Source: Amphiscolops sp. MND2022
Lineage: Eukaryota
DNA: 64,000 nucleotides
Reading direction: 5' to 3'
Assembly (NCBI GenBank): GCA_964187785.1
Contig: OZ076413.1
Span: forward strand, 54,870,001-54,934,000
In this document: one piece after another, positions 51,262-64,000 of the stretch
Layout of the letters: every line of letters begins with the position of its first letter
Numbering within the stretch: the stretch's first letter is position 1
Made by a program: the position numbers and the translations under genes
Notes under the pieces: model-generated
What the model saw: only the letters and a program-made list of their open reading frames with translations
Databases searched by the model: none
Told to the model about the DNA's origin: nothing

Positions 51262-53149
51262 TGTCATGCCTGATGCATGAAATTACAAACAGTGATGTAG
51301 ATAACTATCCTACATACAAAGGTGAAGGAATAAACCGACGAACTGAGAACGAACATTGAAGAAGAAAAAGAATGTAGTGAACCAAACCACATCACAAAAC
51401 TTGAACTCGAATTCACCAAATGCATCATCGTTATAAAATCTCCAAACAACTTTGCTATATTCACCCATATTTCATACATGTACTGCATATACCTTGTAAA
51501 CCAAACTCGCAACATTTTAGTTGGCTGCGAGAGTAATGTAGGTGATGTACCATCATCAGATTTTTTGTTTCAATATTATTAGTCAGGTAGTTAACATATG
51601 CAATATCCATTCACTCATATGATGCTAGTAGTGTAACCACATTATAATACCAAGTATTGAGTCATGTAACTATAGCAACGCAATTCAACGCAATTGCGTT
51701 TTGTTTCGGTGCTACGCCAAAATTGCGCAATTACCAACCAAGGTGTGAACGAACAATAAGATATGATTGGTTGATGTGGTCACGTGACCAACGTCGCCAT
51801 AATTGACACCAGCCAATATAGTACCACCAGTAGATTTTGTGTAGTTATTACGTACAGTTGCTTACCACATTAGTTCTCGATATTGCAAAATTCAACATTT
51901 CCAACCTACTACTATCAACATTCAATAAAATCTTAAAAACTCCATTTATTCTTCACAATGGTCAATACTCGTTCCCAAGTAAGAAGTTCTATCCCAGTGT
52001 TTATGAGCAGGATGGATAAACATGACAGAAGTAGCGATACAGAAAGTGAATGTAGTGTCCCTGAGGTCCTTTCTAGAGACCAAATTGATGAATTAAACGA
52101 TGGAAACCCTATCCGTACTGATTACAACTCAGAGCAAAGATCGATCGATCAACGCTTCTCAGACATGAATAAACAAATTGGCGATCTTACTGGATTAGTT
52201 TTGGCATTAACCGAAAAGTTACCCTCTAAACAACAATTTGTTTATTCATGTCTGAGAAGCGTTGATCGATCGATCTTTGCTCTGAGTTGTAATCGGTACG
52301 GATAAGTTTTCCATCGTTTAACTCATCAATTTGGTCTCTAGAAAGGACCTCAGGGACACTACATTCACTTTCTGTATCGCTACTTCTGTCATGTTTATCC
52401 ATCCCGCTCAAAAACACTGGGATAGAACTTCTTACTTGGGAACGAGTATTGACCATTGTGAAGAATAAATGGAGTTTTTAAGATTTTATTGAACGTTGAT
52501 AGTAGTAGGTTGGAAATGTTGAATTTTGCAATATGGAGAACAAATGTAAGCAACTGTACGTAATAACTACACAAAATCTACTGGTGGTACTATATTGGCT
52601 GGTGTCAATTATGGCGACGTTGGTCATGTGACCACATCAACCAATCATATCTTATTGTTCGTTCACACCTTGGTTGGTAATTGCGCAATTTTGGCGTAGC
52701 ACCGAAACAAAACGCAATTGCGTTGAATTGCGTTGCTATAGTTACATGACTCAATACTTGGTATTATAGTGTGGTTACACTACTAGCATCATATGAGTGA
52801 ATGGATATTGCATATGTTAACTACGTGACTAATAATATTGAAACGAAAAATCTGATGATGGTACATCACCTACATTACTCTCGCAGCCAACTAAAATGTT
52901 GCGAGTTTGGTTTACAAGGTATATGCAGTACATGTATGAAATATGAGTGAATATAGCAAAGTTGTTTGGAGATTTTATAACGATGATGCATTTGGTGAAT
53001 TCGAGTTCAAGTTTTGTGATGTGGTTTGGTTCACTACATTCATTTTCTTCTTCAATGTTTGTTCTCAGTTCGTCGGTTTATTCCTTCACCTTTGTATGTA
53101 GGATAGTTATCTACATCACTGTTTGTAATTTCATGCATCAGGCATGACA
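51262..53149. mobile_element. Fold-back (palindromic) LTR-like insertion: arms 51262-52180 and 52234-53149, 53-bp spacer, CATAC TSD
   Basis: TGTCA...TGACA ends; CATAC at 51257-61 and 53150-54; arms about 97-98% identical by eye; each arm has a gag-N-like ORF starting MVNTRSQ. Confidence 0.88.
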
Positions 53150-53652
53150 CATACTCTACATAGATTGGGCAGAGCCGTTCATTCGTAACATAATATTAAA
53201 AATGAAAGAAGTTGCATCATCCGTCTGGGTTTTGAAAACAATAATGGACTACATTAGCATCAGTAAAATTCGAATTTTACATTGTACAAACTAAAATTAT
53301 TACGTTGATCGATGAGTTGAAAATCGTAGATCGATGAAATGAAAAAAGAGGTGTCAATGGTTTTAACTGTTGTTCTGAGGTTGTTCTTGAAATTGGTCAT
53401 CGAATTCTTCCTAAAATTGAGCATTGAGATTTTCTTGAACTTTTCCCAACATGATATCAGGCTTTAAAATATCATTTATCACATTAATTTTTCATGAAAT
53501 ATTCACTTTTATTGACATTAGCTTGGATTGTCTTTGGCACTAATGTTTTGATATTTACAATTGGCAATCCGTTTTCTTTTGAGTTGTCAATAAAAGTAAT
53601 GTTTTTTTCCCAGATTAAAGCATGGGCAAAATAATTGATCGAAATGAATCTA

Positions 53653-54016
53653 GGAAAACTCATCGGAAATAACTGGTCGGAAACAACTCATCGGAAACAA
53701 CTGGTCGGAAACAACTTGCCGAAAACAACTGGTCGAATATACAAGGCGGAAAACTCGCCCAAAAGCAGCTCGCCGATATTTCTCCGGCGGAAAACTTGTC
53801 GCAAAAACAGAAATAACTCAATTAACAAAATCTAGTTCATAATTAGCACTGGATAATACCTGTTTGTAATCTATAGTTATTCGACGAGTTTGCTCTCATT
53901 TATTTTTCGACGAGTTCATTTCCGACCAGTTTTCCGCCCTTTAATTTCGACGAGTTGTTTTGGACGAGTTGCATTCGGCGAGTTGGTTTCGACGAGTTGT
54001 TTTCGACGAGTGTTCC
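53653..54016. mobile_element. About 364-bp MITE-like element with inverted subterminal repeats
   Basis: Ends GGAAAACTCATCGGAAA / reverse complement GGAACACTCGTCGAAAA; many AACTCGTCGAA-type motifs in opposite orientation; no clear TSD. Confidence 0.7.
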
Positions 54017-55128
54017 ACATATCGATTGAGATAAAGTTATTGTTTTACTACAACTATAGATGATTTCAATGTAACAGTTGAGTTTTGGAACTAATTTCAC
54101 TATATAGAAATATCGAGTTGCGTTTTACTATCTAAAAATTTGAAGTTAGGTTTCACTCTTGTAAAAAGTTTCCACTATCAAAAACAGATTTTTTAAAATA
54201 CGACTTACAAATAAGTTTTTTTGAAATAGTTATGAGAAAATCTCAAAAAAGTTCATTAAATGTAGGTTGCTAAGAATTTGTATAATACAAGGAAAATTTA
54301 TTTTCAATCAACATTTTCAAGAGTTGAAATTTGGAGAAGAGACGGTGTTGATAGCAGGTCATCTTTGCCATCAATTAAAATTAGAAGAGTTGGATGTAAA
54401 CTTTTTGGTTGAAAATGTTAGTTTGTTTCACGTAAATCAATTGTGATAGGAAGTGAGGCAATGTCTTTTAATGATTTGACAATAAAAACATGTTTTCTGA
54501 GATTTTGTTCAGGTGAAGGTAGAGCTTTGGAATTATATAGCATACAATTAGGGGTTGGGTCACTATAGTGAATTGAGTTAGGATATAGTACTGTCAGCTT
54601 AAGTGAACCATCGCGTATGAAAAAAAAAGTTTTTTCAAAGCTTCGTTTTTGTAACAATTGTATAAGCGCGTTTCAATGGGGTCTGCAGGAGTTGACGAAG
54701 TGGAGGGAGATCTGGAGGCGTTGGAAGCAAGAGCTCTAGAGCAAGAGCGTCAGTCGAGCAAGCATGCTCTAACCTATTCGGGATAACTTCAGGATTGAAT
54801 TGCTTGCGGTTATTTCATAAATCAAGAATGTGATGTTGTAGCGGTGATTGAACAAACAAGATTGTGAAGTAGAGTTACAGAGAAGAAATAAAGAGATATG
54901 TTTGTGTGGCTACAGTGATATGACCTCGCGTGCGGCTCAAAACAACTCTCACACTTTTCTTTCTGGCAAACAAGAAATAAAACTTTTCCAATTCAACTTA
55001 ACTTCCGAAAACCTACTCAATACCACTGACTCATCTAAGGACCTCGCCGCCGTTCCCTCCGTCTGTATAAGGGGTACACCACAGCACCTACAAACTATTT
55101 TTAGATGAAAAATGCCTTCAAAACTTAC

Positions 55129-55304
55129 AATTTCAACTCTCCAAGTGAACGACTTCCTCAAAAACTTTTTCTTCTTGAAACACTTGCTTTTAACAAATCT
55201 ACATAATTAATTTTAATTTAAATTAATTATGTAGATTCGTTAAAAGCAAGTGTTTCAAGAAGAAAAAGTTTCTGAGGAAGTCGTTCACTTGGAGAGTTGA
55301 AATT
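55129..55304. repeat. Near-perfect hairpin, about 85-bp arms with a 6-nt loop
   Basis: Centre ACATAATTAATTT-TAATTT-AAATTAATTATGT; arms pair out to 55129/55304. Confidence 0.9.
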
Positions 55305-55306
55305 AT

Positions 55307-56764
55307 AATTCTCTCCATGTCAATGAAAAGTACCTGACGTTCTGGTTGTAGTTTTATGTTGAAGGACAAATCAAAAAAGACACTCGATGCATAGGATACC
55401 AAATCTAAACAAAAACGACTCCAAAAACAGATAACAAAATTGAAGTGAATGTCATATATCTTCAACTCTTTCACGCTCGAACTTTGCGAAAACGAAAGAA
55501 ATATTTTGTATAACATGACAAAATATGATATACCCTAAACCAATGCTAAATCCGATTCTCAATTATGTATTTTCAATTTTTCAAAACCCTGTCTGATGAT
55601 GCAACTTTTGATATGCCTTTCCTCTCTTTAACCTCAATTCAAGGAACATTTAATATGAATACAATAATTACTACAATGATTTCTCCTCAAATCACTCCAA
55701 TTCATCTCGCCCTCCCGTATCAGAGCTTGAAAATGTTTCTATCGTCAAACTCTTGAAACTTCAACTTCCCCCGCCGGAACCATGTAAATTTTTTTCTCCC
55801 CAGAAAAGCCCGAAATCTTTTGGATCGAAATCCAAACAAGGGTAAGAAAAAGCTCAGAACTCAAAGCAATTCTCTCCATGTCAATGAAAAGTACCTGACG
55901 TTCTGGTTGTAGTTTTATGTTGAAGGACAAATCAAAAAAGACACTCGATGCATAGGATACCAAATCTAAACAAAAACGACTTCAAAAACAGATAACAAAA
56001 TTGAAGTGAATGTCATATATCTTCAACTCTTTCACGCTCGAACTTTGCGAAAACGAAAGAAATATTTTGTATAACATGACAAAATATGATATACCCTAAA
56101 CCAATGCTAAATCCGATTCTCAATTATGTATTTTCAATTTTTCAAAACCCTGTCTGATGATGCAACTTTTGATATGCCTTTCCTCTCTTTAACCTCAATT
56201 CAAGGAACATTTAATATGAATACAATAATTACTACAATGATTTCTCCTCAAATCACTCCAATTCATCTCGCCCTCCCGTATCAGAGCTTGAAAATGTTTC
56301 TATCGTCAAACTCTTGAAACTTCAACTTCCCCCGCCGGAACCATGTAAATTTTTTTCTCCCCAGAAAAGCCCGAAATCTTTTGGATCGAAATCCAAACAA
56401 GGGTAAGAAAAAGCTCAGAACTCAAAGCAATTCTCTCCATGTCAATGAAAAGTACCTGACGTTCTGGTTGTAGTTTTATGTTGAAGGACAAATCAAAAAA
56501 GACACTCGATGCATAGGATACCAAATCTAAACAAAAACGACTTCAAAAACAGATAACAAAATTGAAGTGAATGTCATATATCTTCAACTCTTTCACGCTC
56601 GAACTTTGCGAAAACGAAAGAAATATTTTGTATAACATGACAAAATATGATATACCCTAAACCAATGCTAAATCCGATTCTCAATTATGTATTTTCAATT
56701 TGTCAAAACCCTGTCTGATGATGCAACTTTTGATATGCCTTTCCACTCTTTAACCTTAATTCAA
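55307..56764 (+). repeat. 561-bp tandem repeat, about 2.6 near-identical copies
   Basis: AATTCTCTCCATGTC at 55307, 55868 and 56429; identical ORFs in the track are 561 bp apart. Confidence 0.95.
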
Positions 56765-57193
56765 CGCCTTATTTGCATGTAGTCAAGACATGACGTGGTA
56801 TTCCTATGTCTAACACACAACCAATCAAATGTAAATGTCCAAATTGTTGTTGTTCTTCCAAGACCAGACATCTGCAGCTCTGTTAGCGTCCTTTTTAAAG
56901 TACCTTGCTATCAGCCACATCCTCAAAAAACACAACTAAAACAATAATAAACGCTCCATTACTTTAACTGGCGAAGACAAATACTTTATGGGTGACTACT
57001 GTTTTACACCATTTGAAATTCAAGTGAAACGAAACTGACGTCTAATTGAAAGATAATATATATTCGCTTGAGAACATCCCAAAACTAACAGACATATCAA
57101 AGATCAAACATTCATATGAAGAATATTGAATTTAACTTCTTACCCTGCCTACATTATCGTTTCCCGCCACAATCAAACTGTCGGAAGTCATGG

Positions 57194-59081
57194 TGTCGCA
57201 GGCTACCGCCTGTGATGGCACCAAAATCACTACCACCACCACAGGTCAGGAATCGGCACCGGGCACTCTGCCCATATTTTAAAACTCAAACTATTAAAAC
57301 TTTTACCTTGATTTTGTTCTTTTATGATCTGATGTTACTAGTTATTTCCATTTTGTCTACTAGTATATATTGATTAGTCTGTTAATATTACAGCTTGGCA
57401 AAGCTAAAGTGAATGTTGAAAATAGCAATAAATGTGCTATGCGTAAAATTAGGAGCCGTACGAATTGAACGCAACTGTAAGGCATCAAAGGAAACGTGTT
57501 CGAGTGATGTACAGTGCTATGCCGGAAACGTCACTTGAGCACGTTGTCCTGTCCAATCAGAGTGCAGTATTGACTTTGTTTTGATTACGTAAATTTAATG
57601 GCCGAGTAAGGCCAGTTGACGCAACTTCACTCGTCTCACTTAGCTTCCTAGTCAAACGGCCGGGTCCGGCTACTTCGTGCAAAATAAAGGTAAACGCCAA
57701 TAAAGCATGTTATTAACCAGTACTACCGTACTAATGCTTTCTGTACCAATTAATCGCTTTTGTGCAGTAATAATATTCCATGCTTGTTATTAATTGCTAG
57801 TCAAGAACACTTTACAATGTTTAATGATGCTTATATAGTACAAGGCAGTTGGCCTATTTTGGCCTAATTTATTGGGTTATCTTTTAATCCATTGGCCATA
57901 CTGGGCTGTATTGCTGGATTTCATCCATTTATAATGCATGCAACTATGTTATAATTTTGTCAATTTTACACATCCGCGTAAGGACGTAACTCTGACTAGC
58001 TGACATTCCTTCTATTGTAAACACCTCAAGAATGTTAAAATTGATGTGCTGTCGAAGTATAGTTTGTTTGATGTGGTAAAGTTGAATTCCTCCGCTTCTC
58101 TTTGATGGCAAATTTGATGATTGAAAAATGTATTTGGGTGTATTTCCACACCTTTTGAAGGCCTAAATCAGTGTCACTATTAATGGATTGCGTGTAAATT
58201 CCCTTCATCCATATCAGGATAGATTCCTGAACCACTTTGATGTAGCCGTCAGCGCTAAAGTGTTGTTGGTAGATGGCCTTGATCATGTGCGTTTTGTGAA
58301 GATTTGTATATAGTTCGTAATGTAAAGAGTGTGAGACTCATCCTCTCAAAGCTATATTTACTAGTATTTTCCCTGAGAGGGACACAAGTTGCTTTATGCT
58401 TTTCTGTTCAGTTCATTTACTATTCAGTTTTGAAATATCTCATATAAATCACGTTTTCGGTCAAACTAACTTATTGTTTTGCTCGGAATTTCTTCAATGC
58501 CTACTACCAGGAAAGAAAACAAAGCTAGAAAATCAAGGGGACTTGAAATATTCTCAGACATTGAAAATCTGAACATTATGTTAGGAGGAGATCACTTTGA
58601 TACAAGGAAAAGAGATGAGAGCTTGAAAAGTAACCTAGCTAGAAGGCCCGAAAGGCCATTAGTAATGATCTTGAAAACGATCATGAAAAAACTCATGTGA
58701 ATACAAGAACTATTAATTCTGGCAATTGCGCAGAGTCAGACCGAAATTCAGCCACCCCTAATTCTAGTGCTGAGATAAATAGACTGTCTAGCGAGTTGAA
58801 CTCGAGATTGTCAAGAGAGTTAGATGAGATGATGGGTTGTGTCAACACCCAGATCCAAAGAGCCATCAGCGATGCAAAAGGCAATCAGATATTGCCTCAA
58901 ATCCAGACTGCCCTGAATGCCTGGTCAGGTCACTTGACGCAAAATAGGTGGAACGTTCCGTCTGAGAGACCGTAAATTAATCCCGAAGGAATTTATGGTG
59001 AGAAGGCCAAGAAAAATACTAGATGTGAGCAACGCATTGATTATCAAAATGATGGTCAACCTCAATCGCGTGCGTACGACA
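57194..59081 (+). mobile_element. Solo LTR (1888 bp) of a third subfamily of the E1/E2 group
   Basis: TGTCGCA...TACGACA; flanks CATGG/CATGA (4 of 5 match); begins with the ORF3 tail SQATACDG...PGTLPI*; ends with decayed gag N-terminus MPTTRKENKARKSR; no PBS follows. Confidence 0.82.
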
Positions 59082-59404
59082 CATGAATAAATGAAGAATA
59101 TCATAGTTTTGACGAAGATTTGATACAAAGACCATAGAAAGTTTGGGGGAAAATCTTTGACCTTTCTGAATGAAAAACTGCGAAAAGGCTGTTCGACAAT
59201 TCTCATGTACATATGAAACCCCATCTAATTCTCTTGATGGAGTCACGCTGAACCAAATGCCTGAGGTACATGGCTAGAAGTACCGGCCACATTCGGAAGC
59301 CAAAAGAATAGTAAAAATGAGATAGTTAACTAGTCATTGTGACATCAATCAGCAAGATTTTCTTTTTAACCGTGTAATATTAAATTTTAACCAACCAAAA
59401 AACC

Positions 59405-62400
59405 ATGACTACCGCCGAGAATAACATACAGTTACGAGGACACCGGACTTGACGCAAAGAAACTATATACACCTAAAGAATGGACGGAGCAATTACGGCA
59501 CTATATCAAACGAACCTACGATATAGACATAAAACCGGCATTATCCGTGGAAACAATACCAACAAGTAACAGATGGAAGGAAAAAGAACGGCAAATAAGC
59601 CAAGATCTTATTTGGGGAGCCGGACCATCGGCTTTTGAAAACATAACCAAAGGAGAATTCAACACAGACCCGGATACAATCAACACAGAAAGACTGTTAC
59701 AACCATTAAAAGATTATTACATGCCCAGACGGAATACATACCACAATCGCGGGGAATTCATCTGGGCAAAACAAGAAGAAAACTACACCCCGGAAGAACA
59801 TTGGAGAAAACTAGTTTCTCTCGAGAGAAACTGCGAATTCAAGGGTATCAAACAAGAAGATCTGCTCGTCCCAAATTTCATTACCAGTTTTACCGACAAA
59901 AAACTACGGGAAAAGCTTATCCGTGAAAAAACACTGACCCTCAAAACACCAGTGGATCTAGTAACCCAAGACAGCTACGAGAAAAGACCCAAACAACCCA
60001 CGATACCCACAGCACTCGTAAAAAAGAAAGAAAAGAAACAAGAACCATTACAGAAAATACACAAAAAATACCAACCAAACAAACCACACATACCGGAAAA
60101 CCAGTACAAAAAATGACTGCGGATTCTGTGGACAACAAAACTGGACACCATCGCACAAATGCCCGGTAAAGACGGCAGAATGAATTGACTGCCACAAACT
60201 GGAACTTTTTGCAAGAGTATGCCGCAGCAATACCGAAAAGACGAGAAAAAGAGTAAATTACATCGAGGAAACACACGACAACGAAGAAGAAGCGAACCCG
60301 AAGAAATCAGACAATCGACACGAATCAACCGAATACTACCGGACAAAAACGACTATTACGAAATCAAACTAAAATGAAAGAAAAAAACCAAAACTTCACG
60401 ATCGACACCGGATCTCCAGGAACCATACTGCCAAACAACCCAACAATGTACGAACAAAAGGATATCCAACCGCTGAAAGAAAGATATCAAGATGTGAACA
60501 AAAACAAGATCTGAGCAAATATCGAATACAACGGTGAAGTTACAAAATTACCAATATTTATCACACGAAGAAACATCACACCTTTGTTAGGTGTAAAGTG
60601 GTTAAAACAACTACCAATTACCATCAACAAAATTTTACTGGATGAAAACATCAGCCAATCAGAAGATATCCACACAACATTCAACAAACTGTTTGAAACA
60701 AACCACACAATGGAAAACACGGAAATAAAAATCCAAATAAAACCAAGATGCTACCCGATCCAACAAAAAGCGAGACCAATACTATATCACCTACAACAAG
60801 ACGTGAAAACTGAATTGGACCGAATAATAAAATCCGGACACCTCGACAGATTGGAAACAATTGAAATAGACTGTTTTGTATCCCCCGTAGTAATTACGGT
60901 GAAGAAAGACAATACAGTAAAAATTGCCTTAGACGCCAGAAATTTAAACGATAGCTGTGTGACAACAAGACCTCATAGGCCAAACATGGAAGAATCATTG
61001 AACCAGATATCCGCAGAACTATCTAGAAATGACCACGACCCCATCTGGATATCGGTGATAGACCTTGATTATTCCTACGGACAGACAAAAGCAGCACTGG
61101 ATTATTGTAATTTCGCCATGGCAAGCGAGAACATGAACGGGTATTACCGATTCCTAAAAGGCTTCTACGGTCCTGCCGATATACCGACAATCTTCAAAGA
61201 AAAAATAGACAGAACACTCGGACACCAAACACCCGTTTGGTTAGACGACATCATCATCGTTGCCCGGGGGACAAAAGAAGAGCATACCCGAAAACTATAT
61301 TCGGTACTAGCGAAGCTGGAACTGAAGGATATAAAGCAAGCAAAATGATATCAAATTTTTACCAAATGGAAACAATATGGCTCGGACACACAATTCCACA
61401 AGAAGACGGAATAAGACCCAACAAAGAGAAAACGGACGCAATAAAAAAACTGGAACACCCCACAAACACCAAAACATTGAAGACTTTTTTCGGTGCCATC
61501 CAATACTCCGCAAAATTCAAACCGAACCTTTCCGAAAAGACCAACATTATGCGATAACTATTGAAAAAAGGAACAAAATGGAACTGAATCGACGAACGCA
61601 ATACAGACTTCAACAAAATAAAACAAGAACTAACATCTCTAGCGTGCCTAGCCCATTACAACGGAAGTTAAGGAAATATCGTCACTACCGACGCATGTAA
61701 CACCGGACTAGGAGTAGCATTATGGCAAAAGCAAAATAACGGAGAATTAAAACCCATCGCATTCGCCAGCCGTTATTTAAACGACGCAGAAAAGAAATAC
61801 TCCATCGGTGAATTGGACTTACTAGCCGTAGTTTGGGGACTGAGAGATTTCGATTTTACCTATACGTGAAACAAATTGATTTATTCTCGGATCACCAAGC
61901 ACTCGAACCATTACTGAAATGAAGCAAAACCAACAAACAGTACAGCGCACGGCTAACAAGATGGCTAGACAGACTACACCACTTCGATTTTATTCTAAAA
62001 CACACGGCTGGGAAAGAAAAAAATTCACGGATTTCTTCAGCCGAAATCTCACCGAAAATCCGGAACTGAAAAAAAATTACGAAAAAGAGTTCGTGATCAA
62101 CGCCATAGCGCAACTAGCAACGGTAAACGCCCGTATAGGACGGGTTTTTAACCAATTAGAAGCCGAGAGCACGAACAACGAAACGAACATGCATGATACG
62201 CGCACGCTAATTGATACGCCACGCTACCAAACAAACAAAAGCCACACTGATTTCAATTACCATTCATTACAGTCGCTTGAAAATGAAATTACCATGAATC
62301 ATCCAGAATGAATAACAACAACAATGAGAATCCAAACGCAAGACAAATCCGAACTGACCGGCAAATACGTTACCACTGGGATGCAGATGACGAGATTATG

Positions 62401-64000
62401 GCAATAATCAATAGCACAGAAAATTCACCCCAAACAATGGGGGTTGTAAGAGACGAACTGAGCTGGCGAAACCCGGAGTAATGAGACCGCAATGGAACAG
62501 AGGCTTAGGTAGAGAAATATATGTGCCAAGAAGACCAGAGGAAGACGAAAGAAAGGAAATAAAAAGAATCGATATTCAACTGAAAAGAAAACTAGAACAA
62601 TCACGGATTGGCGGCGGATAATTCAGAAATTTTGGCGACGAAACACTGCAAAGACCACAAAACACAGAACAAACGGACAGAAACAGCAAAAACAGAGATA
62701 CAGAATCGGCCACAACATCAAACACGGAAGAAGCCGTGACAACAAACGAACCAGGAGCTTAACCCGCCATACCCGTCCAGGAATACCGTGACGACCCCAT
62801 TGAAGACATAGCCGTCCACTATGACCGGAAACATCGTGTGGTCGAGCAAAAAGCCACCAGAATCAAGCAACAAGAAAACAACATCAACATCAGGACAGTT
62901 GAACAGGACTTCATGCTGGACTTCGAGACACTAATCAAAGAGACGGCGGCCGACCCAGACCTGATAGAATTGAACTGATGTCTACAACAACAGCAACCAA
63001 ATCTTGAACGACTACAGAACTGTATCCAAAAAACGGACCCATAAATGGGGAATAATCAAGCTGGACGACCAAATTATCGTGCCGCCCAAAACACTACGTT
63101 ACGCTGCTCTAAATGCCTAACACTTTGGACATCCCGGGATTAGCAAGATGTGCAGCGATGCAGCCGATATTCTGGTGGCCGAACATGCGGATCGACATAG
63201 ACAAGAAGGTAAAAACCTGCTCAACCTGCCTCATCGCCAATAAGAACATAAAATTTCATTTACCCTCAACCGAAAAAAAAATAAAAATCAAAAAACTGGA
63301 AAAGCCGGGCGAAGAAATCCAAATTGATATCACCGGAAACCTAGACAATAAAAAACTACAATCCAGCGCGTACATTCTAATCGCAGTAGATAAGCATAGT
63401 CGGTGGCCTGTGGCCAAAATATGTAAAAATACAAGCCACAGAAACTGTTATTACTTTTCTAAATGAGTATATAAATGTATACGGAGTACCGAAACGAATA
63501 AAATGCGATAGGGGCCGCGCCTTATCTCAAAAGAATATGAACAATTTTGTAAATCACAAAACATAAACTGCGAATACGGTAATGCGAACTTACATACCGG
63601 CACCGGATTGGTCGAACGAACCATCCAATATTTGAAGAATTTGGTACTGGCAAATTAGAGGACGAGATAAATTTACGCGAAAGCGTAAATAGAGCACTAC
63701 ATGTGCTACGATTTACGGTACAATCCGAAACCAAAAAGACACTGTTCGAAATCCATTGCGGACGGGAACCCAGAACTAAACTATCTAACCTAAAAAATGC
63801 CGTTTCAGTGGATTCAAAAGACCTCTCAGTCTATTTTACGAAATTCGGCGGGGGAAATAACGGATTACCTAGTAATGTCCAAAAAAAGACGGTGGACTCC
63901 AAATACAAACGAGAGATGACGTTCCAGCAAACCAAAAAACCGACTGGTTCGGTTAGTATGAACAAATTTGAATATATTTTTAAATTCTTTGAAAAAAATT
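59405..64000 (+). pseudogene. Decayed Gypsy gag-pol of a different family, continuing past the window end
   Basis: Gag remnant with CGFCGQQNWTPSHKC; FTIDTGS (protease); WLDDII (RT); VTTDAC (RNase H); integrase remnants from about 63100; many stops and frameshifts. Confidence 0.9.

Noticed and set aside
51262-59081. Palindrome and solo LTR are both 1888 bp
   Set aside because: Sequences are unrelated by eye; treated as coincidence.
57194-64000. LTR at 57194 as the 5' LTR of the downstream Gypsy
   Set aside because: No PBS after its CA, TSD-like flanks on both sides, and the downstream gag and pol are of a different family from E1/E2.

Overview
Eukaryotic (animal-like), almost entirely transposon-derived 64 kb. 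I found no host gene, rRNA, CRISPR array or prokaryotic feature. Layout: (1) 1-8514, the 3' half of a Gypsy LTR retrotransposon (E1). (2) 11642-27330, a complete 15.7-kb member of the same group (E2; 1638-bp LTRs, GTAAG TSD), inserted in a 449-bp MITE that sits in a 350-bp tandem repeat. (3) 28452-47967, a CMC/EnSpm (CACTA-type) DNA transposon with CCCAG TIRs and a TC TSD. It contains a SET-domain/transposase fusion, a probable BEN-domain ORF2, two satellites and a 5'-truncated BEL/Pao element. (4) 51262-53149, a 1.9-kb fold-back of an LTR-like sequence with a 5-bp TSD. (5) A MITE, a hairpin and a 561-bp tandem repeat. (6) 57194-59081, a solo LTR of the E1/E2 group. (7) From 59405 to the end, a decayed Gypsy of another family. 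Main discoveries: E1 and E2 both carry a divergently arranged accessory module between pol and the 3' LTR. It consists of a 5-exon antisense gene (internal exons 486/135/82 nt in both elements, intron lengths different) resembling a BED-finger, catalytically eroded hAT transposase, plus a sense ORF that runs through the PPT into U3. About 187 gag codons lie inside the LTR. The CMC transposase is fused in frame to a Suv4-20/KMT5-like SET domain. All protein-family assignments are by-eye motif recognition; no database searches were run.
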